A program made the translations under genes and the position numbers. The notes below the pieces were generated by a model. That model saw only the letters and a list, made by a program, of their open reading frames with translations. It searched no databases and was not told the origin of the DNA. A DNA stretch of 64,000 nt from Oikopleura dioica (taxonomy: Eukaryota > Animalia > Chordata): positions 7,874,001 to 7,938,000 of the forward strand of contig OU015566.1 in the NCBI GenBank assembly GCA_907165135.1, given 5' to 3'. Positions 26,201 to 36,450 of the stretch are shown here, piece after piece; the first letter of the stretch is position 1; each line of letters starts with the position of its first letter.

Positions 26201-26848
26201 GATGAGTGCGTTCAGCTTTTGATCAAAATCTGCGCACTTAGCTTTGAGCTCATGTCGAAATTCTCCGCTCCAGTCAACCAAATCCTTCTCGACGAAGGCC
26301 TTGATGCTGCCCAATATCAAACCATCCTGCAGCCAGTTATGCACCATGTTCCTGACAGTCATCTACCTTCCTATGGAGCTGCGATGTCTTGCCTAAGCCT
26401 CGGTGTTGGGCTTTTGGAAAGATGCACGAAGAGTACTGACGATGTCAAGTTCAAGAAGCAGGATGTGATGTATATGATCGACCAGTCTTTGAATCTGATA
26501 ATGAGCCAAGCTGCTATTCTCGTAAGTTCAATTGAACATTCTTTGACATTAAAATTTCCGTAGTTCCTGAAGACGGATCACAAAGCACGCGAACTAGGAC
26601 AATTCAAAAACTACTTGGGATCAGAACTTGAGCATTGTATTGTCGCAGTTCAACGAAGTTGCCGTGGCTCTTGGACTGTTTCACCATCAGGTTCTCTCAA
26701 AAATCACAGGCGATCAGGTTACACTATATTTTCAGCGTCTCCCCGAAGATCTCTCCGTCGAGCACGATCACAAACCGAAGGCAAGAACGATACCGAACAC
26801 GGTATGCTCCAGCTTGCCGATCAGTTCCGAAAAGATGTTCTTTTATGA
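20234..26848 (+). CDS. NUP188: Nucleoporin NUP188, multi-exon
   Basis: FIFNRSDTKLPFHAIRLLRRL, IPIVELLATIAEHQPSLLEIFLGLE, FRFLHALW, FWESIFKPLY and FLSDNLDWVGVHQERIL match NUP188 segments. GC-AG intron 22372-22433; a 1165-nt intron at 24541-25705 holds an antisense gene. Confidence 0.92.
24551..25484 (-). CDS. Coiled-coil plus C-terminal C3HC4 RING finger protein (putative E3 ligase), nested antisense in a NUP188 intron
   Basis: CMICLEPY...CLQCGHQFCYGCL...CPICRK RING. Two ORF frames are joined by a GT-AG intron (24917-24977, or a shorter 37-nt variant). Confidence 0.85.
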
Positions 26849-26968
26849 AAAAATGACTTTCAAATTAATACTCAGTTCACTCTTCCACATGCATGGTTTA
26901 GGTCAATTATGTTTCCCACTGCCGTTAAATAAAATAAAATAAAAGATCTTTTCAAAAAATAATTTCAG

Positions 26969-29231
26969 ATGGTAAAGCTTGAGACAGAAAATGATGAAGA
27001 GAAAATTGTGGTTTTCTGCGTCGATGGCACAGCCGGGCTCGCTCCTTATTGGAAGCAAATGAAGAGAAATTATATCCGCCCTTCAATTCTGGCTCTTCAA
27101 GATTTGAAAAATGTAGAATCGGGTCAATACGGCTCTACCTGTTTCTCCACTGTGGTTTACGGAGCTGGTGATGGATTCGGCGGCCCTTATCATTGCATCA
27201 AAGAATATGAGGATACTTTTCGGCCAAAGACAGTTTTAGAGGACTTCGAAAATCTTGAACTTCAAGGCGGGGGTTTGGAAGATAGAACTCACTTGATTGA
27301 AGCCCTATCTGTTGCGTTGACAATTCTCGGGACATCCAATGCTCCTGAGAAGCACATCGTTATCATCACCAACAGCGACTTCTACGATACAAAAGTTCAC
27401 AATATCAACAACATGTTTTACACGCAAACGCTAGAACAGCTCGTCCAAGCATCAGTTTCTTGCCAAGCAAGAGTATCTGTTATCACGCCGCGGGTGATCA
27501 ACTCGCTCAAGAATTTGTTCAATTCTGCTAATTTCGACGGTGCACAAAGCCAAGGAAATAAAATCGACGGGCATCACATGATCCTTACGCATTTTCCAAT
27601 GGAGAATCAACCAGATCCCCCACAAAGTGTCGATTCTCAACGCCAGTCCCAGTCGACTCCACAGAAAGAAGAAGTGAAGACAGAAGTTAAATCCGAGCCT
27701 CCATCTCAAGAAATGCCTCAAACACAAATCGCGCAGAATCCGACGATGATGCAAAATACACAAGATCCGCCAAAGAGCATGGCGTTTAACCAAGGTGTAT
27801 CTGGACAAATGCAACAGCCAGTGATGTCTCAAGCAGGAGGAATGCCGCAAAATCCCGGACAAATGGGCGGACAAGTTCAGCAACAAATGCAAAATCAACA
27901 GCAACCACAGCAAATGAATCAACAACAAATGAGCCAGCAGCAAATGCAACAACAAGGTCATCCAGGCCAACAAATCAATCAACAACAGAATCAGCAACAA
28001 AACCAACAACAGCAACAACAACAACCTAATTCCCAGCAGCAAAATAATCCCCAACAAAGTTAGTCGAAAGAGAGAATCCGACTTTATAATAATTTTAGAC
28101 CAACAACAACAGTCGCAGAAAAAAATCTGGACTGGGGAGCTCAAATGGGCAGATCCCGCTGAACCTTCCCAAGAACGCCGAATCGGATGCTCGCTTTCCG
28201 CCCAGTCCCAGCCAGAAGTGGGCGAGGAATTCTTGAGAGGCTGCCAGCCTATTCTGAAAGTCAATTTCATTGATCAACCCATTCTTCAGGTGAACTCACT
28301 TTTCAGCGCAGTTTATAAATGCTTTTTTAGGCGGTGAAAGGCTTCTTTCAAAACTCAACCGTTTTATTGTTCAATTGGAATGAAAATCCAGTACCTTCTA
28401 TAGGAAGAGAGATTCTCGGCAATCTTCACGGCATTATGACGCAGAAAAATCAAGTGGGAGTTATTAACGTCTCTGGGCAGGTTAGTCTTCCTTGATTTCA
28501 ATTAGACATTTATTTTCTTTCCTAGGGTCAGAATCCGCCGAAAATGCTCGTAATGGTCTTCAACCAAAAGAATCGTAGCTTTTTGGGATTGATCCCCAAC
28601 GATCCCGAGGGCTTCTTTACCAAGCTGAAAGAGGTTTATCAAATGAAGCGTCCTGCCCAGGATAGCATGAAGCAACAAAATCCCCAGCAGCCTCAGCAGC
28701 AACAACAAAACCCACAGCAACAGCAACAACAGCAGCAAAATCCTCAACAGATGAACCAGCATCAGATGAATCCGAATATGCAAAGGCCCATGGTTTCGAT
28801 GCCGATGAACACACAGGTAAACATAATAAGTCCATGTATTGGATCATGCTCATTTGAAATCATTTCCATAGATGCAGGGAATGATGCAAATGCGAGGAGC
28901 TGTGCCGAACCAGATGAACCCTGGTCAGCCCGTCATGGGCATGCAAAACTATATGCAACGACCACAAGGCCAGGTAACCTTTCTTTCCTTTATACAACCT
29001 AATCTACTTCAGATGGGCCAGCAGCAAATGGATCAGCAGCAGCACCATCATCAGCAACAGAACCCGCAGCAGATGCAGCAATTTCAAATGCAGCAAATGC
29101 AACAGCAGAATCAACGCCAGAATTTCAACCCGTCGCAGAACAACGAGCAGCTGCGCCATTTACTGATCCAGAACAACAACAGAAACCCACAAATGAATCA
29201 GAACCAGGGTTATGGCAACCAAGGGTTTTAA
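26969..29231 (+). CDS. MED25: Mediator subunit 25 (vWA domain, Q-rich linkers, PTOV/ACID domain, C-terminal LxxLL)
   Basis: VVFCVDGTAGLAPYWKQMKRNYIRP (vWA); IWTGELKW and MLVMVFNQKNRSFLGLIPNDPEGF (ACID domain); QLRHLL motif; poly-Q tracts. Confidence 0.92.
27890..28040 (+). repeat. CAA/CAG-rich coding repeat (poly-Q) in MED25; further tracts at 28670-28770 and 29020-29120
   Basis: Runs of CAA/CAG codons in the MED25 frame. Confidence 0.9.
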
Positions 29232-29375
29232 ATTTGCCTCTAAAATTCTACTTATTGACTCTTTCCACTCGCTGCCCATTCTTTGTAAACAAATGTTTTT
29301 CCCCTTTTCGTGCAATCCTTCCTACCTTCGTTCAAAAAGCTTCAAATCGATCAATCTTTTCATTTTTAAGACAAA

Positions 29376-30207
29376 ATGTCGAAATCGGATGACAGTCAAC
29401 CGCTCAAGAACATCGTCGTGTTTGTGATCTATTCAGCAGTTTTCATTCTCATGTTTATCCTCCTTGCGAAGAGACAGATTTTCCGAATGAAGCTTCGGTA
29501 CGACAAAAACTTCGACACGGGAAATGTTAATCTTCTCCCGAAATCATTTATCGATTCTGTGGATGAAAAGCTTGCAGCGGCAATAAAAGCGCGCCATCCT
29601 CCCCAACTGTTGCCAAGTTTGGACGAGGAAGTGACAGATCTGTGGCCGGAAACGAAGGTCCGCATGCGTGCTTTGGCAATCGTGGACGAGACGTTTATCA
29701 AGGAGCTGGAACCACTAGGAGACGATATTGCTAAAACACCAGAAGAAGATATTCTCGAATGGTATGAAAGGATCGCGAAGAAGTTTTCGACGCAGAATAT
29801 CAGGTAGAAACGGGTAATGTGAGCAATAATAAGCAGTTCTAGCGCTCAAAACTTTCGCACTCTGGTAAATGCAATTCACGACTCCTACGTTCACGCTCGC
29901 TACATGGCCGAGCCATTTCCAACTAAAAACTACCACCAACTCGCCGAGAACTGCAAAACGGCCTTGGAGCGGCTCAGGTTACTAACTCGAATATTTATCG
30001 CGCTAACAAAAGTCTTTCCTAATCCGTATTCTAACCCGACAATTCAGAAAAGTGGCAAAAAGATATCCTAACAGCAAGAAAAAGTCCAAGAGCGCGACAG
30101 CTCAAGCCATTGGCACGGCGAAAAACGCCTTTCAAGCCGGGGCAACAATATTCACAACAGCAATACGCGGCGGTTCTTCAAAGGAGGAGCATCAAAAACT
30201 TTTGTAA
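29376..30207 (+). CDS. C1orf43: C1orf43/NICE-3 family single-pass membrane protein, three exons
   Basis: N-terminal TM IVVFVIYSAVFILMFILLAKRQIFRMK, PPQLL, RMRAL and DSYVHARY match the NICE-3 pattern; introns at about 29805-29862 and 29978-30047. Confidence 0.85.
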
Positions 30208-30411
30208 TTACAAAAAAATCTAAGAATTTCTTCATTCTTCACATGAAATTTACCTTCTAATCATTCCCTGTAATAAATTTCCACCGTCGCAGTTTCATCC
30301 ACGAGATACAGTATTCATCTCGTGAAGTTCTTTGGCCCTTCAATTTCGATTAATTCATTGCAGTCTTATAAAAGTCATATAATAATCAGTGATATCAAGG
30401 AAGAGTAAAGG

Positions 30412-33400
30412 TTATTTATGTTCTGATGGAATCTCGTCGAGGACAGAGCTGATAGAAATGTTGTTGAGGACATTCGACGGAAGACTAGCGCGACGAAGGG
30501 ATGCACGTCGAATTCGCTGGAGTTGTTTTGCTCTCTGGTTTTCATTTGAGGATTGAGAATGGATGCTTTCTGCCATTGACATGCGGCGGAAATTCTCAAC
30601 TCGGCTAATAGGGTCAGATGAAATAGTCTCGGGCTCTTTTTGCATCCCAAGACGATGGAGTTTTCTCTGAAGAGGATGAAATTGATAGCTATGTAGAGGT
30701 AGACTGACCTGGTAGTCGATGAATTTATCGCCACTTTTGATAAACATGGGCAAATCCTTCATGTCGCTGTTCAAATTGTCACTTGTAGGTTTTTCTGACT
30801 TGCGGCAAGCATTGATCATATCTGGGAGAAACCAGAGAAGGCCAAATGTAACTCCGATGCATGCTCGAAAAATGCCCATGTTTTCGTCTTTGAAGACCTT
30901 TTGAAGGATCCCAGTGATGACGAGTCTACGCAATTGTAAGAGAAAGGCTGCCGAACTCAACTTACGTAGTTATGATGAACCAAGCAGCACAGCTAAAGAA
31001 GAAGTTGAAAGTGTTGAATCTAGCCAGTGCGCCTTGGACAACCCGTCGTTTGATTTCAGTCTCAGTTCCTTCATTAGAGTCGCCATCTGAGTTTTTTATC
31101 CGAACATCTCTAATCATGCACTATAAAATCAACAGAAAAGAAAAAAATACTGACTTGACTTCAAGTTCGGGAATAAGCTTCGCATTATCTTCAAAAAATA
31201 CCGATCTTCTTCGTTGACTGGAATTACTGAAATCAAATTATAGAACAGTTCTATCAGACCTCTTATCTTACTTTGAGACTGTACTCGTTGATCGCTGAAT
31301 ATCCGTAATACTAGTGTCCAAACTCATTTTCTCTCTCGTTTATTTTTGCCTCGGAGTTTTTGTCGGAAAGGATTATTGAAACATGTTCTAGAGACCTGTA
31401 TTTATGTTTGTCTAGAGAATGTACATGCATTGGATGATCCTTGGCTTAGCCTAAACAGTTGCATTTGTGTACTTTGTTGAATTCAGAATACCCAGTCGCG
31501 CCAGTTTTCAGGTTTTCTATAGTCTAAATTCAGGCTAAACAAAAGGCGTCTTCCAATACCAGTAAAACTCAGTAGATGCTCGTATTTGGTAATCTAGCGC
31601 TGCTTCCTGCACCTGCAAAGAAGAAAGCGTCGGAACAAAGAGCTCATCCTTCTTGGCTTATTTTTTGAAAAAATATCATCAGACAGAAGCAACAAAAGGA
31701 ACAAGAATAGAAAGCGAAGGGAGTGTTTTTTCAATGCTTCTTCAGTGGTTGACGTACACGTGCACTTCGTAGCTAACTTCTTTGCCGCTCAGTTTCAATG
31801 TTGATAAAACTGGTTCTTTATATTTGTGCAAAAGCGCCAGCTTGTTATAGCAACTAGTTACGTTATGTAACCTTTCGAGGTCTGAAATTATTTCGCCATC
31901 TCGGCCATTTTCCTAATGCATTTCGAAGGACTTGTCGCCAACACCTGTTCCGGTCCTTATCTCTGCACCGGAAAAGAGCCTCTTCAAGAGCCGATTCTAT
32001 GTTTTCGAGAGGATTCGATTGTTGATTAGCTTTCATCATTTTATGGTGCAATCATGATTTCAGACATGTGCTCTGGAAACACGATCTCTTCGAAGGCTTA
32101 AAATGGGATGATCCTTCACGTCGTTCGGGAACGGAAAATTCATAGGAATATATTTCTAAGGTTTTTTATTTCGACATTAAAAGATCCCCCGTTTCTTGAT
32201 CTCTCGAAATTATTTTAGTTGTTATTTACAGATGTCTTTAAATTCATTTATGTAACGTTCGTTTACGTTGGATTTTCCCAGGCTGGACAAGATAAAAATG
32301 CAAAATTTCGTGAACGGTGGAGTCAGCTGCGCTTCCGTCAGTTTCTCGAAATTTTGGCGAAAAAAATTCGAAGATATGCATCACTACAGATTGCGGAGTC
32401 GTTGAGGCGACGCCCAGGGACCCAAAAGGGTTCCGGCTAAGCTGACTTTTGTTCAACCCGGAACTAAGCCTTTCACGATGCCATTTTTTCAGAAGAGCCT
32501 CAAGAAGGTCACCCTCGCCCAATTTGGTGATTCTAACCGTCTGTTATGTAATCAAGCTTTTTTGAAGCAAGCTCATTTTCATTTTTAAAAATTTCGAAAA
32601 TCAGTTTCTTCAGGAATTGAAATAGATTCTTATAGGAAACAAGCTGGCCCTCGAGAACACGCCAACTGAGTTGTAAAGGAAAGATAGCGAAATAACTAGA
32701 CAAAAAAGAAATGAAATCAACATGTTCCTGATTTGGTCGACTTCACGTTGTGGCCCAACTAGAACGGGAAGATCCTTGATTGACTCAGTAGGAACGCTAG
32801 AATATTTCAAAACGGATGGATTGAGGCTCTGGCGGCGAGAAAAAAGAGAATCTCACTTACCGCTTCCACTTGGACATGTCCAACTGGTCGATCTTTCTGT
32901 CTGCTTTGAAGTCGTGGTCGATCACAGTCATGAAGTACCTGAAAAAGCACTGTCAGGTTCAAATTTGGATATTATTGCAAAATCTTCGAGCGAAAAGAGA
33001 ATATGTCTTCGATTTGACATTGTCAATGTCACATTGATTAACGTTTGATGTCGAAGAAAATGTAATATCATTTTCTGATAAAATCCTGACAAGTGTCCAA
33101 TATTGTTTATCAAACGTGGGGGAGGAAAACGGGGATTTATGTTTACAAGATAATTAGCTTGTGGAGTCCAGAGCTGACCTATCCAGTGGCCCCTTGGCAA
33201 CGGAAGGGTCAGTTGATTTTTTTTATTTTGAAATGTTCCTGTCATCACTTTAGGGATTTCGCTAATCATTGATTGCTATTGGTGTTTATGTGCAAATTAG
33301 TGCAGTAAATAGCAATTTCTGCAGAACCAGAAACGCGAAAGAGCGGTGGGTTGAAACTTTCGAATGAAATAATTTGCCCCTAATTAGCACTGCTCACATT

Positions 33401-33465
33401 AGTATAAGGCGAAAAGGTTGAAATTACCTGGATGGGAACGGCAGCGTCATCAGCAAATTATACAT
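30412..33465 (-). CDS. Unknown multi-exon membrane protein with two C-terminal TM helices and a PKA-site-rich tail
   Basis: Phase-consistent exons: MYNLLMTLPFPSR|YFMTVIDHDFKADRKIDQLDMSKWKR|VPTESIKDLP... near the 5' end, and CMIRDV...FNTFNFFFSCAAWFIITT|LVITGIL...MGIFRACIGVTFGLLWFLPDMI...RRASLRRASL near the 3' end. Middle exons only partly resolved; the 5' end may lie further upstream. Confidence 0.55.
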
Positions 33466-34912
33466 CTTCGCAGCGGGTTTGACGGTCGACGAAACACCTG
33501 GTCGCTCTTTTTCGCGACCGAGTATCAACGAAATCCCGGATGAGCTATTTACTGCGCGAACCGAGCTATCCGTGTTCCTTACTTATTTATGGGAAAGCGA
33601 GATAACATGAATTTCGGGCGGTAAATTTTGAAAACGAGTCGGGTTTTTAAATGACTAGTCTTCTTAAGATTTTCTATGCGGTAATTTCAACATTAAAAAT
33701 TAAGGAAAGCTTTATATTCTGTCAAACCCACATGACGGAACTCCTCCAAGAATAATAACTCTTCCAATTTTCGGCCTCCATTCTTCCGAATTCATCCATT
33801 TGTCCAGCTCATCCATGCTATAATCGCCGGACAGAAAATCTGCGCCCTATAATTTATTGTCAGGCTTTTCTGACTCATGCACCTTCGTGACATAATGATC
33901 CTATGAGTCCGGAAAGGAAGAAAACTGAGAAAAAGGGCGGAAGGCATCAAGCGATAGGGGTAATTTTCTAATGCGCAAATTCCAGCGCGAGTTTGGAAAG
34001 ATTCGCTGTCACATGTCTTGACGTCAATTTCTCATGTCGTTACAGAAGGCGAAGAATTTAAGCTACTCGTAGATTGGATGCTCCGAGTGTTGCATCACAA
34101 AAATAGATAGTTCTTTAAGGCGCCTAGTTTTTGGATCCCGAGTGGGCTCGGGAGAACCCCCTTCCGGTGTAGAAGTGCCCCACGACATGGAAAATCGACT
34201 TTTGTAATGCACAGGAATATTCATACAAGATGGCCATTTACGGTGATTACGCAGCTTTATTGAATACTGAGAACCAACTACTGGTATTTTTACTGAATAT
34301 CTTAAAGAAATTCACGGAAAAGGATTACAAAAAGATTAAGCTTATCCAAAGATCTCAACTTTGGTAATAGCAGGCAGTTACAAGCTTGTACTTGTTGTTA
34401 ATAACGAAGGACCTTAATCTTGTTCAATTGAATGTTCTCTATTTCCGATTGGACCGAAATTGCCCAGCTTTTTGTGGTTGAAAATTCCAGGTTCAAAACT
34501 AAGCTTATCACGACCATGAACCTGTTCACGTCTGTGATAAGAAAAGATTCGACCTTGCTCACATGAGAGAGGCGATTTTCTGGCAGTTAGATTTTCTGGC
34601 AGTTAGACTTTCTGGCAAAGGCGATTTTCTGGCACTGCCAGAAAATCTAACTTCCAGAAAATCGCCTTTGCCAGAAAGTCTAACTGCCAGAAAGTCTCAC
34701 TGCCAGAAAATCGCCTCTTTTGATTTTGAATCTACAGTTAATGATCCTAGAAGGTAAAAAAAACGGAGAGGGTTTTCGACAGTACCACCAATTTTTTCTT
34801 ACACGTTATTTTTTTAAATTCATTGACAAAAGCCACGTTTGATCCATTTTTTTTTTAAGATTATTGGCTGTAGCAAACATAAATCAGCTTCTTCCGGGAA
34901 TTTTTGTGTTAA

Positions 34913-35676
34913 GGCTATAACCTCTCTTTTGGACTCTCTGGAAAATGGACTTCCCTTGGTCGATTTCAAAAATTTAAAAGGCATACATAGTTGTTTTCTC
35001 CTAAAGAATTCAAAAATGCAACCAAAAAATATTTTTCATCGGTAATTTTTTGCCCTAGGATCATTCAAAAATCGCCATTCGGTTTTCCGGCAAAACTGGA
35101 AGTTCTGAGGTAGAATAAATCCGATAATTATATTAAGTAGGGCATATTCTATGATCCCTATGGAAAAAATAATAAGAAATTGTCCAAATTAGGATTATAG
35201 TTCTCTCTTCTTTTAAAACTCTTTTGTTTATAGACTGACGCTTGAGCTCCGCGCAGCCAATCAGAGCGCGATGAATCGCTTGACTCACACGCTCGCCAAC
35301 AGCGCTCTCTTTCTGGCCTGGAGGATAGCACTCCGCGCAGCGCGTCCACGCGCATTTTTATCCTCAGGTGCCAGCACTAACATGGCCCTAGAGTGAAAAT
35401 TTGAAGAGATATCGAGAATTTTTTCCATAGGGATTGTAGAGAAGGCTTTAATCTATTTATTGATCGAAAAAAATCTACCTCTGTAATGGTAAAATTCTTC
35501 GGAAAACCGAATGGCGTTTTTTAAATGATCGTAAAAACGAAATTTCGAAAGAAAAAATAATTTTTGATCGCATTTCTCAAATCTACGATAGATTTTGAGT
35601 ATATAAGCCTTTTTAATTTTTGAAATCGATCAAGGGAAGTCCGTTGTCCAGAGAGGCAAAAAGAGAGGTTATAGCC
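34913..35676. mobile_element. TTAA-flanked element with GG...CC termini (Kolobok-like), about 175-bp imperfect TIRs
   Basis: TTAA at 34909-34912 and 35677-35680; TIR GGCTATAACCTCTCTTTT...; internal inverted repeat ATCCCTATGGAAAAA near 35155 and 35430. Superfamily inferred from TSD and termini only. Confidence 0.75.
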
Positions 35677-36318
35677 TTAATCAGCCGGTGTTATTTGCAT
35701 CTGATTTCGAGTACTTGGTCACAGTGGGCACCCACTGAGATAATGGCGCACGCTAATGCTTTATGAAATTGAACTTGTTATAAAACTCTCTAGAAAATTC
35801 TTCCTCAGGTGGTGAAATCGCCTTTATAGGCTGGATATTATTTGAAATTCTGCAAGAAACTCTTTTTAATAAAATCTTTTTATAAATTCGAAAACTGGTG
35901 ATTATCACACAAATTTCATTTCGGAGCAGTTTCAGCAGGAGTTTGCACCTTTCGACGGGAGCGTTTGATCTAAAAGCCGACTATTCAGGGCGCTAAAAAA
36001 GACTACGAATTGGGAATTGAGATTTCTGCGCTAAAATGGGAATTGAAATTTCTTGCTGTTTTCGGAGTGACAAACGGGTTCACAGGCAGCTGAAAAGTTA
36101 GATTTTGATTTTTTTGAGAAAATGGAGAATGATGAGGAAGAAAAATCGGATAAAAAAATTGAAAATGACACCGATTACACCACCTTCTGAGGAAGAATTT
36201 TCAGGAGAGTTTTATAACAAGTTCAGTTTCGAAAAGCATGAGCGTGCGCCATTATCTCAGTGGGTGCCCACTGTGACCAAGTACTTGAAATCAGATGCAA
36301 ATAACACCGGGTTATTAA

Positions 36319-36450
36319 CCCGTTAACAGGCGCGTGGCTGTCTCACGGCCACGCGTGGAAATGAGTAGCAAATCGTATGCATGGATCCATGATTTCACTC
36401 AATCACAGACAGGCAAAAGCGTAGGCAAAATCGACCACCCTGTTAACGGG
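36319..36450. mobile_element. 132-bp piggyBac-like MITE
   Basis: TTAA at 36315-36318 and 36451-36454; 12-bp TIR CCCGTTAACAGG / CCTGTTAACGGG starting with CCC. Confidence 0.8.

Larger units (their letters stand above)
9831..29375 (+). promoter_or_regulatory. Series of putative SL trans-splice acceptors upstream of each plus-strand gene
   Basis: An AG, usually TTT(C/T/A)AG-like, ends 0-19 nt before the ATG at 9838, 11477, 13003, 15972, 17111, 19191, 20227, 26968 and 29370; stop-to-start gaps are as short as 44-53 nt. Confidence 0.7.

Noticed and set aside
27452-28270. 272-aa Leu-rich minus-strand ORF (also 28502-28783)
   Set aside because: Antisense shadow of MED25 CAA/CAG codons.
34565-34720. 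Regular short repeats superficially like a CRISPR array
   Set aside because: Units are contiguous with no unique spacers, form transposon TIRs, and the DNA is eukaryotic with no cas genes.
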